Source of the DNA: Candidatus Heimdallarchaeota archaeon
GTDB lineage: Archaea > Asgardarchaeota > Heimdallarchaeia > Hodarchaeales > Hodarchaeaceae
Assembly: GCA_020353515.1 (NCBI GenBank)
Contig: CP070695.1
Location: forward strand, 4,593,414 to 4,657,413
DNA: 64,000 nucleotides
Direction of reading: 5' to 3'
The notes beneath the pieces are model-generated. The model was not told where the DNA came from, made no database searches, and worked only from the letters and a program-made list of their open reading frames with translations. This document shows, piece after piece, positions 1 to 10,455 of the stretch (the stretch's first letter is position 1; each line of letters starts with the position of its first letter). Made by a program: the position numbers and the translations under genes.

Positions 1-602
1 ATCAAACCATTAAAGAACAACCACCATCGTGATGCATGGAGTGGAAGAGTTCTCCTCATTTCCCAAGTATCTCTCTCCTTTTCACTCTTTACAGGCATTT
101 TAAATGGTAAGTGGATCAGATAGGTTCCTTGGAGTGCCTTAATTGTCTCCATTCCAGTTAATCCTGACACAAATCCACCAACTAACATTGCGGTTGTACG
201 GGTCACTCCTTTTTCTTTTACCTCTTTCTCGGGATCAACACTTGGAAAGAGATCCAGTAACAAATGAGATGCGAATCCTAGAAAGAAGGGAGTGAAAACC
301 AGTGCCAAAATAAGAATCTCCTCAGGAAAACCCATAAATTTTTGAATAAAAAAAGTTATAGCGATAATTAGGGGAATAAATACACTATGAGTAGCTATAT
401 CCCTATGATGCATCCAATTCAATAGTAAATCCCAATCAGGAGCCTCTGCCCCAATTAGTGCCATAAGAAAGGCGGTAACAATCCATAACGGTGAGATTTC
501 TTTAAGTTCTGAGATATAATTCATATTAACAAACCAGTAGATCACGATATAAATCAGAAATACGATTATTGCGGTTATTAAGTGCCATTTTCGATTTGCC
601 AT
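1..602 (-). CDS. Membrane-bound metal-dependent hydrolase (YdjM-like), runs off the left edge; missed by the ORF track
   Basis: Read by hand: ATG at 602, MANRKWHLITAIIVFLIY...APDWDLLLNWMHHRDIATHS...GFASHLLLDLF. The PDxD, HR-x-x-THS and SHLLLD motifs are typical of the YdjM family. Confidence 0.75.
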   Translation of the reverse strand, partial: MANRKWHLITAIIVFLIYIVIYWFVNMNYISELKEISPLWIVTAFLMALIGAEAPDWDLLLNWMHHRDIATHSVFIPLIIAITFFIQKFMGFPEEILILALVFTPFFLGFASHLLLDLFPSVDPEKEVKEKGVTRTTAMLVGGFVSGLTGMETIKALQGTYLIHLPFKMPVKSEKERDTWEMRRTLPLHASRWWLFFNGL

Positions 603-742
603 TTGACGTTGCCATCCTTGATTTTTCTTTTCAGCAATTCATCTCTACCTTTAATTTATTTCTGTTTGCTCCCAAAATTGCTTTATAATCCTCTCAATTA
701 TTGGTTTATAAAAGACCATAATGATAATGAGGATCGTTACAT

Positions 743-1243
743 ATGATGGACTGGAAACACTTACGGCCAGCAGTCTGGCCAGGCTCAGAAATGCAGAAAT
801 GTATTCCACAGGGGGATGTTCAACCTAATGGTATTGATATATCCATTGGGAAATTATTCAAATTAACTGGAGAAGTCAAACTGATTTCTGAGAAAAAAAT
901 ACGAAAATATCCTGAACTGCATGAATTGGAGCCTCTTAACAGCTTTTGGTGCTTGGATCCTGGATCTTATCTTGTTGAGGTAGCAGAAGAAATTATGATC
1001 CCCAATGACGCTATTGGTTATGTTGCACCTCGCTCAACACTACTTCGGATGGGAGCGACTGTTTATTCTGGAATATGGGACAAAGGATTTCAAGGTGTTG
1101 GAAACAATCGTGGAAGAATTCTATTACAAACCTCTTTACCCTTTCAAATTCATATCTCTGTTGCCATCGCTCAAATGATCTTCATAAGTGCGGTTGATGA
1201 TAAAACAGTTTATCAGGGAAACTACCAACCCACTTCAAAATAA
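743..1243 (+). CDS. Trimeric dUTPase / dCTP deaminase family protein
   Basis: Motifs QPNGIDI, PRSTLLRMG, GIWDKGFQG, IAQMIF and YQGNYQ match archaeal dUTPase/Dcd. Confidence 0.85.
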   Translation: MMDWKHLRPAVWPGSEMQKCIPQGDVQPNGIDISIGKLFKLTGEVKLISEKKIRKYPELHELEPLNSFWCLDPGSYLVEVAEEIMIPNDAIGYVAPRSTLLRMGATVYSGIWDKGFQGVGNNRGRILLQTSLPFQIHISVAIAQMIFISAVDDKTVYQGNYQPTSK

Positions 1244-1287
1244 TTTGAATTTGAAAAAGGGAATCTTACAGAGAAACCCAAAGAAGC

Positions 1288-1578
1288 TTAGGAAGAGATA
1301 ATCCGGAATATCTGAGGTGAAATTCTCTCTGAATGGCATTCAGGGCATTTATGAGGATCAGATATTCGAGATCTGCCCGAAAAAGTATAATTACAATTCA
1401 TACAGACTGCGGGTCTAACCTCGATCCTTTTATTGTCATATCGGATTGTTTTTCTCACCGAATCTAAATCCTGAGCAACGACTTTTACTGGAACGTTCGT
1501 TAAATCCGCTAATTCCAATAAAGTCTTTCCTTCATTCTCAGATAGAAGCTCTACTATCTTTTCTCTCCGCGTTTTCAT
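1288..1578 (-). CDS. HTH + Zn-ribbon transcriptional regulator (COG3357-like)
   Basis: N-terminal TRREKIVELL HTH, then CMNC...CPECHSERI. Confidence 0.8.
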   Translation of the reverse strand: MKTRREKIVELLSENEGKTLLELADLTNVPVKVVAQDLDSVRKTIRYDNKRIEVRPAVCMNCNYTFSGRSRISDPHKCPECHSERISPQIFRIISS

Positions 1579-1729
1579 AACTTTTCAACTCTTTCTTTTG
1601 TGATCAGAATAAGTGCAGATAAGAAGTGTGTAAAGAAGAGGATTGTATCAATATAAGCGATTTTCAGATTTATGTAAAGTCTTTTCTACAAAGACAGAGC
1701 GAATGAAAGACAACATTATGGGACTTGAA

Positions 1730-2122
1730 TTAAGCTTCATTCTCCTCTAATGTTTCTTCTTCTATCACAGGTAAAATTATTTTGAGAGGCCCATATTGAA
1801 TGGTTGGTAACGTTATTACGTCATATAACGAACTATTTGAAGGTATTCTTGAAATATTACTCATCCTGGCTATATAACTCACTCCTGCAATTGTAACAAG
1901 TACTGGACTCCAATATAAGAAGAAAAAAATATTTAGGCTCATAGGATTAAACCAGTGACTTGATAACCAATTAAAATATTCAAACAAACGATAAGGGGAT
2001 TGTAGCACTGTAAAGAAAAACAGAATATATGGTAAAATTAAATAGACACCTAAAAATATCTTTGCTACTACAATTAAATTCTTCTGTTGTAAGTTTTTTT
2101 CTTGATTTAATTGATTATTCAT
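1730..2122 (-). CDS. Small two-TM membrane protein, paralogue of 2141-2542
   Basis: Two hydrophobic segments and a C-terminal tail nearly identical to that of the neighbour. Confidence 0.6.
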   Translation of the reverse strand: MNNQLNQEKNLQQKNLIVVAKIFLGVYLILPYILFFFTVLQSPYRLFEYFNWLSSHWFNPMSLNIFFFLYWSPVLVTIAGVSYIARMSNISRIPSNSSLYDVITLPTIQYGPLKIILPVIEEETLEENEA

Positions 2123-2301
2123 ATTGAATCAAACCCGTGATTACTTTAGATATGAATCCTTTTTGGAAACTTCATTCTCCTCTAATGTTTCTTCTTCTAT
2201 CACAGGAAATATTATTTTTAGTGGCCCATATTGAATGGTTGGTAACGTTATTACATCATATAAAGAAGAGTTCAAAGGTATTCTCGAAATATTAGTCATC
2301 C
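1735..2301. repeat. Direct repeat of ~130 bp (copies ~1735-1866 and ~2170-2301, offset 435)
   Basis: cttcattctcctctaatgtttcttcttctatcacagg...ggcccatattgaatggttggtaacgttattac present twice with few mismatches. Confidence 0.85.
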
Positions 2302-2542
2302 GAATTATATAAGCAAAAATACCGACAACCATCAGTACTGGTCCCCAAAGAAAAGTCAAAACTACAAAAATCACCAATGGTGAAAAGAACTCATTCAACC
2401 AAACTGCTGGATCAAATGCAATTAAAACCAAATACAGCACGAAAGAGACTATTAAATCCAGTAATATGATGTTCTTAATTAACTTCCCAGATGAATGCCT
2501 ACTATAGACATCTTGTTTAAATATGGGCCGATTCTCCATCAT
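2141..2542 (-). CDS. Small two-TM membrane protein, paralogue of 1730-2122
   Basis: Shares NISRIPxNSSLYDVITLPTIQYGPLKIIxPVIEEETLEENE with the neighbour. Confidence 0.6.
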   Translation of the reverse strand: MMENRPIFKQDVYSRHSSGKLIKNIILLDLIVSFVLYLVLIAFDPAVWLNEFFSPLVIFVVLTFLWGPVLMVVGIFAYIIRMTNISRIPLNSSLYDVITLPTIQYGPLKIIFPVIEEETLEENEVSKKDSYLK

Positions 2543-2664
2543 TAATCAGACTTATTAGAAATTTTCAGTAATTAATATTTTATGGTACAATTATTAAAAT
2601 TTAAGATTATCCATTGGAACGAATCGCTATTTCTATTCTGCATATTTTGACACAACCATTTCCG

Positions 2665-2685
2665 AGAGAAAAAAGTTTTTTCTCT
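2665..2685. promoter_or_regulatory. Perfect 21-bp palindrome in a divergent intergenic region (possible operator)
   Basis: AGAGAAAAAA-G-TTTTTTCTCT; low complexity, so it may be chance. Confidence 0.3.
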
Positions 2686-2765
2686 GCGAAAAACCGATAA
2701 TTATTAGGTATAATATTTCACAAAAAAAGACAGAATTGTCCTAATAGTAATTTTTCCCTGTTTAT

Positions 2766-4106
2766 TTGGTGGTATTCATGTTTGAAATGCTTTTTATTGG
2801 TTTATTTGTAGCTGGTGCCATTTATGTTGTATTCTTTTTAATCTACTCCACTATCAAGGAAGAAAAGGATTTTTCTCTTGATGTATATCGTTATCTCAGT
2901 CGACGATATAATAAAACTGTCGTAGTCGATTACGGGGGACTTTCTTCTGATCCAATCATACAATCTCGTGATGCTGGTCCATTTAAACTTATTGAAGTCA
3001 AGGTAGTAACAGAAAAAGGAGGAAAAACAACTGATCAAGATCTAATTTTACGTGGGGAAGTTGATCCTCAAAAATTTAAAAAAGGGGAGAAATCAGCCAA
3101 CCTTTCCCTCAGTCCTCAACTGCGATGGAAAAAACTTGCCCACGATATTGTTATTGGTATTCCCCGACTTGATGACCGTTTTATTATTTCCTCTGATGAT
3201 CCTTTTTTCCCTCGATTCATATTGACTACAGATCTCGGTGATCTCATCCAGAAGAGTTTTGATCTAGAGGAATATTTCATTAGATGGATGGGTGACAGTC
3301 CTATAGTTCAGGTACGAATGGAAACGATGAGTTCCAACAGTTTTATCCAAGCTTTCAATATCCTCCTTGGGACAATCGGCGCGCTTTCTGAAAAAGGCTA
3401 TCTTTCCCGGACTGGTGTCAAAAAGAAAAAGAGGGAATTTCATATTCCTTCTCCATCACATGAAGAGAAAAAACCATTATCTATTCCTTTTGAATCAGTT
3501 CAATTGCAAGTAGAGAAGAAACTAGAAATAACTAAATCAGGAGAAGAGACCTCGAAGCCAGAAACGCCTGTTATTGGCTGGGAGTCTCTTCCAGAGGATT
3601 CACTAATGCTTGAAAAACCAATTGAAAAGGAATCAATTGAAAGTCCATATAAGTCTCTTTTTACCTCTATACAATATCAAGCTAAGAAAATCGAGTACGA
3701 ACGTGATCGTGTCAGAATATTAACCTTCTCAAGAGCTTCTGAAGAAATCTTTGTCACTTTTCCACAGGAAAATAAAGCACACTTCACAACTTTGGTGGAT
3801 CGCTCTCCACCAGCAGAATTTGAGCTCCAAATTGAGTATCAGGGACAAGCGCGGCAAACAGATTGGAGTAATGCATGGAAAGACATCAAAATAGTTGGAC
3901 CTCCAGATATTATAGAAAAATTGCAAATACGAACAGGAATTGCTCACCGAATTGCAAATACTGGTGAAATAAGGGCAATAGTGAGAGGTCATCCTGATAA
4001 AAAGTTAGAATGTGAATTAACAGTTGTTAAAACAATAAGAGGTATTAATGCAGGGTATTCTCTACTAAAAGATATTATTTGGTTTTTCGAGATGATTTTC
4101 ATGTAA
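2766..4106 (+). CDS. Hypothetical protein with N-terminal membrane anchor, two globular regions and a Pro/Glu/Lys-rich linker
   Basis: 446-aa ORF with a hydrophobic N-terminus; no family recognised. Confidence 0.6.
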   Translation: MVVFMFEMLFIGLFVAGAIYVVFFLIYSTIKEEKDFSLDVYRYLSRRYNKTVVVDYGGLSSDPIIQSRDAGPFKLIEVKVVTEKGGKTTDQDLILRGEVDPQKFKKGEKSANLSLSPQLRWKKLAHDIVIGIPRLDDRFIISSDDPFFPRFILTTDLGDLIQKSFDLEEYFIRWMGDSPIVQVRMETMSSNSFIQAFNILLGTIGALSEKGYLSRTGVKKKKREFHIPSPSHEEKKPLSIPFESVQLQVEKKLEITKSGEETSKPETPVIGWESLPEDSLMLEKPIEKESIESPYKSLFTSIQYQAKKIEYERDRVRILTFSRASEEIFVTFPQENKAHFTTLVDRSPPAEFELQIEYQGQARQTDWSNAWKDIKIVGPPDIIEKLQIRTGIAHRIANTGEIRAIVRGHPDKKLECELTVVKTIRGINAGYSLLKDIIWFFEMIFM

Positions 4107-4338
4107 GTAGTGATCTGTATAAAACAGGGATAATCGATTTTGCAATAAAACAACAAAGATAAATCTAATAAGGAGAAAGTATTGTTCTCTCTTACTTTGG
4201 AAAAGCTATTAAAACTAAGCCTTTTAAAACGACTAAATTCAGAACTTTCGGACAAACTCTCGAGTAAAGCATATTAAAAATCATTAGATAAACTACCTGT
4301 CTTTGAAAGCATAAACAAACTTTGATGAGAGATAACCT

Positions 4339-4965
4339 TTGACAGTTCTCAAAATTGTACTAATTGGCGATGGTGGCGTTGGAAAAACTGCTATCCGGGA
4401 GAGATACCTTGGAAAAGGTTTTAAAGCCCAATATCTCTTGACCATTGGTGCGGATTTCGCCATGAGGGACGATACAATTCGAGGGGATTCTGTTCGATAC
4501 CAAATATGGGACTTAGCAGGACAACAACGATTTGATGCAGTTAGAGAAGTATATTATAAGGGAAGCGTCGGAGCACTGCTTGTATATGATGTTACACGCC
4601 CTGATTCCTACTTCAACACCCCCAAATGGATAAATGAACTTTGGACAAATAATGGTAGGGGTAGAGTGCCCATTGTGGTAGTCGCAAACAAAATTGATAT
4701 GCGAGAACTATCCGATGACACAGTGTCTCCAGAACAAGGGAGGGTCTTTACTGAACGACTTACTAAGCTAACCAGACCAGAAGGTTTTGATTGTTATTAC
4801 ATCGAAACTTCAGCTAAGACTGGAGTAAACATTCAAGCTGCTTTCACACTACTCGGTGAGAACATTATGAGATTTGTAAGCAGACAACGTAAAACAAGTC
4901 GAACATCAACAAGCCGTTTACGAGCAGCAGCTCAGCAACAAAGATCGCATTCAAGACGATACTAG
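4339..4965 (+). CDS. Rab-like small GTPase with polybasic tail
   Basis: GDGGVGKT, TIGADF, WDLAGQ, NKID, ETSAK. Confidence 0.93.
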   Translation: MTVLKIVLIGDGGVGKTAIRERYLGKGFKAQYLLTIGADFAMRDDTIRGDSVRYQIWDLAGQQRFDAVREVYYKGSVGALLVYDVTRPDSYFNTPKWINELWTNNGRGRVPIVVVANKIDMRELSDDTVSPEQGRVFTERLTKLTRPEGFDCYYIETSAKTGVNIQAAFTLLGENIMRFVSRQRKTSRTSTSRLRAAAQQQRSHSRRY

Positions 4966-4995
4966 CTCATTTTTTCGCTCTAGGGATTTAATATT

Positions 4996-5703
4996 CTAAA
5001 ACAGTGACCTAAAGTAAACTAGGATGTGTTTCAGACTAATTTTCGATTCTCCTGCTTCTCGAGTTTGAAAAGTATAAGAAAATTCCCCAATAGAGGTTTT
5101 CCTTGGTAGAACCTTTAACATATCGAATAACAACTTATAACCTTTAGGAGAAACAGTTTTTGGATGTTGGTCAAGAATCTCGGCTATAAATTGAGTTTCC
5201 CCCCCAAAGAAACCACTCATAATATCTTTCGGGCGAGGTCGTCGTCTTATTAGCAGAGAGATTTTACCAAGTGTAGTAGCTCCCCAAGAAATTAGCTTAC
5301 GCCGAAAACCCCACCCTTCAACACTTGATCGGCTTCCAATAACCAATTGATTTCCTTCTGACAATAAAAGAAGGCCATCAGCAATTCTTTCTGGGGGATG
5401 TTGAAAATCACAATCAATAACAAAAAAAAAGTCAGTTGAAGTAATTTTAATCGCATCTACTAGGGATATTGTTAATCCTTTGACAGGTTCATCCTTACGA
5501 TCTAGAAAGCGAATTTTGGGGTTTTTATTCCCCCAATTTCTCACAATTTCTGCAGTTTTATCAGTAGAGCCATCATCAGCCACAATAATCGAAACTTGAG
5601 GGTATAATGATACCAATCGAGTTATCATTCTATCAATATTACTCTCTTCATTCAATGTGGGAGTAATGACAGTTAATCGGGCAGTAGAAGGTGTTTGATC
5701 CAT
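4996..5703 (-). CDS. GT2 glycosyltransferase, dolichol/polyprenol-phosphate mannose synthase-like
   Basis: PTLNEE, DDGSTDKT, DCDFQHPP, DIMSGFF, REAGESKI. Confidence 0.9.
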   Translation of the reverse strand: MDQTPSTARLTVITPTLNEESNIDRMITRLVSLYPQVSIIVADDGSTDKTAEIVRNWGNKNPKIRFLDRKDEPVKGLTISLVDAIKITSTDFFFVIDCDFQHPPERIADGLLLLSEGNQLVIGSRSSVEGWGFRRKLISWGATTLGKISLLIRRRPRPKDIMSGFFGGETQFIAEILDQHPKTVSPKGYKLLFDMLKVLPRKTSIGEFSYTFQTREAGESKISLKHILVYFRSLF

Positions 5704-5958
5704 ATAAATCCCACATAAGACAAGAAATTCTTATAATACTTTGTTTATAAAAATTTAAAAGATTTACTTCATTCCTGTAAGCTCAAGAAATATATATCAG
5801 AGGAGACCTTTGGTTAAAATCTTTTTTTTTCTTTTTCTTTTATTTTCTTTCGTCATCGAAATAGCATTTGCGGAGAACTTGAATGTGTAAGCTTTTTTAG
5901 CATTGATTTTGGAAATACATCTAAAGAATATACACATTCAAAGCTAGGGATTTCATTC

Positions 5959-6381
5959 ATGTCTCTCCGACCAATACTACAAAAATTTGCAGAAGGCTTT
6001 TCGGTTACTGGAATCTTTTTACAAACTCCTCAGGAAATCTTTCCAATTATTCAACAAAAGGCTGATTCTCTTTTACTCCTTAAACGTCATCCAAATCTTC
6101 AAACTGGCATTACTGAATTGAAAGTAGAGGATACTAACATGGGGGTTTTGGTGGATGTGCTGGATTCTGATACAAACATCGTTATTATTTCAGCGCCCAA
6201 ACATATCCAAGAGATTTCAGCTCATTGGAAGCGCTTCCTCCCTGTAGTTAAAAAACAGATCCAAATAGAAGAATTTATTCGTCAGGAAAGTATTGAAAAT
6301 AAGTTAATTAATCGATTAGAAGACATTCGTATCGCACTCAACAAAACAACCACAATTTTGAAGGAGAAAATGAAAATATGA
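5959..6381 (+). CDS. Hypothetical protein, probable Roadblock/profilin-like fold plus short C-terminal helix
   Basis: Helix-strand pattern LRPILQKF / VTGIFLQT / ITELKVE / GVLVDVL / NIVIIS / IQEISAHWKRFLPVVKK; 4-bp overlap with the next gene. Confidence 0.5.
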   Translation: MSLRPILQKFAEGFSVTGIFLQTPQEIFPIIQQKADSLLLLKRHPNLQTGITELKVEDTNMGVLVDVLDSDTNIVIISAPKHIQEISAHWKRFLPVVKKQIQIEEFIRQESIENKLINRLEDIRIALNKTTTILKEKMKI

Positions 6382-7679
6382 ATCAGGATCCTAATAATTC
6401 AGAAGAATTAGACCTCCAACTTGCCCAACGGATCATTGAATTGACAAAAGTTGTAGAAGAAAACAAGGTGATGATTGAAAAACTCGCATCAAACTTGGAA
6501 CATGGGAATTCTACAATAGAAGAATGTGAAAAACAATTACAAGATTGGGATTTAAAACTTGGAACGAGTTTTGAGGAAATAAGAAACCAGATTAGTGCGT
6601 TGGATGAGAAATTAGAACAGCAAGACCAAAATGTGAAAAATGAAAATCAAAAATTCGTAACTCAAGTAACTGAATTAGAAGAAAAGCTCAACCACCAAAT
6701 TCAAAACATAGATACTAAATTCGATGAAGTCTCAAGTCAATTCACAGAAATCCAAGAAGTTCAAAACAAGCATGATGAAACAATTTCATCTCAACAAAAT
6801 ACTCTTGAGGAGCAAAAAACAGAAATTCAAGATCGTGTACGAGAAGAACAATTCAAGAATACCTTTGATGAAGCAGTAAAAGATCTTAATGAGAAAATAT
6901 CTTCTCTAAATCAAAATCAAGAATCCTTACAATCAGAAATAGAAAATTATATCGAAAAAACTCAGGAACAATTCGAAAGTCTAGCAAAAACAATAGAATT
7001 AGTAGCAGACGGATTATCACAGCTTGAAGACCAAAACAAGAATCATTCTTTAATTTTAGAAGAACAACGAAATAGTTTGCGTCAATTTAAACAGAAATTA
7101 AAAGATTTAATTAGTCTTTCAAAAGAGGATCAAAAAACTCATTTCGAAAATTTTTCACGGATTATTGAAAGCTACAATGAAAATATTCGAACAGAATTGA
7201 CCATTGCAGCACAATCGCTCAAAGAATCAGATACTCAGATCCTTGATGAAGTTTCAGCTAGTTTTATGCCGAAAAAAGTAGGAAAAGAACTTCAAAAGAC
7301 GATTGCTGATCTAGCAAGCGAACTAAAGATGGAAACTCAAAAAACACGCGATGATTTAGTGCAAGGTCTTCAGGAAAATGTCCAAGAATATGAAAAAACA
7401 ATGGAGGGACAAAATACAAGTATAAAAAATTATCAAAAACAATTGGAAGAATTTCAAGACGAAATTTTAGCCATTATTGATCGTAAAGTTAATGAGAAAT
7501 ATGAGGTAGTATTTTCTCTTCTATCAAAGGTAGCAGTTCAAGCTGAGGAGCTCGCTCTCCTTATAAAAACTTCAGAAATTCACATATCATCATTTTCTTC
7601 ACAGAAAGATCAAATTCTTTCGGTTAATGATGAAGAAAATCAAGAAGAAGAATTTTCTCCCTCCGAAAGCTCCTTATAA
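6378..7679 (+). CDS. Long coiled-coil protein
   Basis: 433 aa, E/Q/K/L-rich heptad pattern throughout, no catalytic motifs. Confidence 0.75.
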   Translation: MNQDPNNSEELDLQLAQRIIELTKVVEENKVMIEKLASNLEHGNSTIEECEKQLQDWDLKLGTSFEEIRNQISALDEKLEQQDQNVKNENQKFVTQVTELEEKLNHQIQNIDTKFDEVSSQFTEIQEVQNKHDETISSQQNTLEEQKTEIQDRVREEQFKNTFDEAVKDLNEKISSLNQNQESLQSEIENYIEKTQEQFESLAKTIELVADGLSQLEDQNKNHSLILEEQRNSLRQFKQKLKDLISLSKEDQKTHFENFSRIIESYNENIRTELTIAAQSLKESDTQILDEVSASFMPKKVGKELQKTIADLASELKMETQKTRDDLVQGLQENVQEYEKTMEGQNTSIKNYQKQLEEFQDEILAIIDRKVNEKYEVVFSLLSKVAVQAEELALLIKTSEIHISSFSSQKDQILSVNDEENQEEEFSPSESSL

Positions 7680-7784
7680 GACGATAAAGAATGAAATAAA
7701 AAATAGAAGAATTTTGAGAGAAATAATAGAAAAAATCAAAATGTTCGACATTACTATCTTATAGATTACTGATGTGAATAAACC

Positions 7785-8312
7785 GTGACGATGGAAAGAC
7801 CGCTTAAAGTAGTAATTGCGGGAGAAAAACGGGTTGGAAAGTCAACCCTCGTCCATAGATTTATTCATAATCAATTTCCATTGAGAGGATTACGATCAAC
7901 TGTAGGATTTGACTTCACCATCAAAACGATAACTCTAGAAGATGGGGCAACTACAGTTATTCATCTGTTTGATTTTGGGGGTGAACCTGGTTATAAGAAG
8001 ATATTTCCTCAATATGCTTCTGACAGTGATGGACTCATTCTCGCTTTCGATCCGTCACGAGAGGAAACACTTGATGCCTTACATGATTGGATAAATGTTT
8101 ATGACCAACGAGTACGTAAGAAAGAAAGTGTAAACTTTCTAGTTTCAACAAAAGCTGATTTAGGGATTTCTACTTCTCCTCTCAAAATAAATGAATTCAG
8201 GAATAAATATCCCATTGCAGAATATTTCAAAACGAGTGCTCTCACAGGGGAAAACACACAAAGAGTATTCCAAAGGATGGCTGTCATTATTCAACAATCC
8301 CGAAAAAAATGA
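7785..8312 (+). CDS. Rab-like small GTPase
   Basis: GEKRVGKS, TVGFDF, DFGGE, TKAD, TSAL. Confidence 0.88.
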   Translation: MTMERPLKVVIAGEKRVGKSTLVHRFIHNQFPLRGLRSTVGFDFTIKTITLEDGATTVIHLFDFGGEPGYKKIFPQYASDSDGLILAFDPSREETLDALHDWINVYDQRVRKKESVNFLVSTKADLGISTSPLKINEFRNKYPIAEYFKTSALTGENTQRVFQRMAVIIQQSRKK

Positions 8313-8340
8313 TCATTTTACCTAAGAGGCTGCTATCATA

Positions 8341-8895
8341 ATGAAAACTAAATTCTTTGCCGACACAAGCATATTAACAGTTAAAGTAGTGGTAGCGGGT
8401 CCAGGAGGAGTGGGTAAAACCACATTACTAAAGCGATATGAGACAAATAACTTTATACCAGCGGTTAGTACTGTAGGCATCAATTTTTTGGTCATGGATC
8501 AGGAAGTCGGAGAAACTGTTTTACGAATTGCATATTGGGATTACGCAGGGGAAGATCGCTTTCGATCCCTCTTTCCTGGTTATTGTCAAGGTTCATCTGG
8601 CGCATTGGTTGCTTTTGATACATCCAGAATTCAAACCCTGTCAGAATTGCCTGAATGGTTAAGAATGATACGAGAACACAATGATCCAGATATTCCTATT
8701 GTTCTAATTGGAAATAAATTAGATACTACGAACGATAAAACTAGAGAATTGATTGTGAAGTCTGCAGGGAACTTTGTCAAAGAATATAATCTTTCTGGTT
8801 ATTATTTATGCTCTGCAAAGACTGGAGAGGGGATGGAATCACCATTTGCCCATTTAGGTATTCTTATAATTGAAAGTAAAAAACGTCAAAGGTAA
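8341..8895 (+). CDS. Rab-like small GTPase
   Basis: GPGGVGKT, TVGINF, WDYAGE, NKLD, CSAK. Confidence 0.92.
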   Translation: MKTKFFADTSILTVKVVVAGPGGVGKTTLLKRYETNNFIPAVSTVGINFLVMDQEVGETVLRIAYWDYAGEDRFRSLFPGYCQGSSGALVAFDTSRIQTLSELPEWLRMIREHNDPDIPIVLIGNKLDTTNDKTRELIVKSAGNFVKEYNLSGYYLCSAKTGEGMESPFAHLGILIIESKKRQR

Positions 8896-8961
8896 ATAAA
8901 AAGTAAAACAGGGAGGTTTGAAGATCTTTGCTCCCTTCAACCAACAAAGATATCACTTGGG

Positions 8962-10455
8962 TTAAATAATAGCTTCTAGGATTCCATTCAGCTTCTCTTC
9001 AACAAATCCTCTAGCGGAAAGATATCGTTTGTAAAATTTCCTGTACTCATCACGCACCATTTTTTCGTATGAAATGAAGAATAAGAGAATTGTCGCGATT
9101 AACGAGGCAATACCCGCTAGTAAAAACATAATGGCTGTGAACGAATACTGCCAATCAATCAAAAATGTGAGTAAAAAACCACCTAAGATAGCAACAAACG
9201 GTTGAGTCCATAACGAGCCAAATTTATTGATGCCCATAAATTGAGCTTCTTTTCCTTCAGGTACCAGATCCGCAGGTAAAGAAGCACGGACAGCTTCAAT
9301 AAAAACCGCCCCAAAGCCTCCAATGGCAGCAATTATTATAAAAATATGATAATAATTCCCAATTTCTATACCAGCCAGTAAGAAACAAAACCCTGAGTAT
9401 ATTAGGGATCCAACAATAGCTGTTTTAACCTTACCAAATTTTTGGATGAAGAGCCCGGCGGGAATCGCCATAGCAGCTGAAACCAACCCTGTTACTAACA
9501 GGGCGAAAGGAGTTTGATCCTTAGGAAGCCCTGCCGCAACAAGATGGATAATCAGGTATAATGCAACTGCTTCACTAGCAAACCCCCAGAATGATTGAAC
9601 GAAGAACATTTTTCCAAAATCTGAACCCGAAAAATTAAGAAGGTACCGAGGTGTTTGTAAGATATCAGTAATGGGGGAATCAATAGGTGGATATGGAGGA
9701 TTTGCTTTTTCAACTAAAATGAAAACGAGAAATCCACAAACAATGATTATCAAAGCAGGAAATAGAAATAGACCAAATTCTGCTAAAAATGACAGTTGAA
9801 AAACATCAGCCAAATCCAAGAGAGCTGAAGTAAACACATCAAAAAATACTAATCCCATTAAGCTACCCAGTATTGTAAATCCAGCTAAAACCAATCCAAC
9901 CCATCCTCGTTGTTCTTTAGTAAATAACTCTGAAAGCAATGCTCCATGAGGAGATGAAGCTAATCCAAGACCTACATAGATCAGAAAAAAGCACAGTGGA
10001 AATAAGATTATCATCAGATCTTCATTTGCTGTTCCTGCAAAAATCGGGGTCAGAAGCAGCATTATACCTGCAAGTAAACTCCCACCTAATATATAAGGTG
10101 CCCGAGCTCCATACCTTGAACGGTAATCATCGGAAAAAGCACCACCTATAATTACAGTTGCTAGAAAACCAACTGACCCTGCAGCAATCGAATAACTAAA
10201 AATAGTTTCAGCAAGTTCTGGTGATAATTCAAGGAATTCCTGGAGATAACTGAGATTAAAATATGCTATAATGAATGCTACAATTACTGCATTCGCTGTC
10301 CCAAAAATACCTAAAGCGACAATATTTCTAACTTTCTGTGATAAGAATCGCGTTCTTAATTCTTGCGTTGTTAAGAACTTGAATCTTTTTTTACTTTCTT
10401 CAGGAACGTTATTTGATTTTTCAACATCCATTTCTGACACTTCAGCTACTACCAA
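8962..10455 (-). CDS. MFS transporter
   Basis: About 12 TM segments; motif-A-like GAFSDDYRSRYGARAPY. Confidence 0.85.
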   Translation of the reverse strand: MVVAEVSEMDVEKSNNVPEESKKRFKFLTTQELRTRFLSQKVRNIVALGIFGTANAVIVAFIIAYFNLSYLQEFLELSPELAETIFSYSIAAGSVGFLATVIIGGAFSDDYRSRYGARAPYILGGSLLAGIMLLLTPIFAGTANEDLMIILFPLCFFLIYVGLGLASSPHGALLSELFTKEQRGWVGLVLAGFTILGSLMGLVFFDVFTSALLDLADVFQLSFLAEFGLFLFPALIIIVCGFLVFILVEKANPPYPPIDSPITDILQTPRYLLNFSGSDFGKMFFVQSFWGFASEAVALYLIIHLVAAGLPKDQTPFALLVTGLVSAAMAIPAGLFIQKFGKVKTAIVGSLIYSGFCFLLAGIEIGNYYHIFIIIAAIGGFGAVFIEAVRASLPADLVPEGKEAQFMGINKFGSLWTQPFVAILGGFLLTFLIDWQYSFTAIMFLLAGIASLIATILLFFISYEKMVRDEYRKFYKRYLSARGFVEEKLNGILEAII

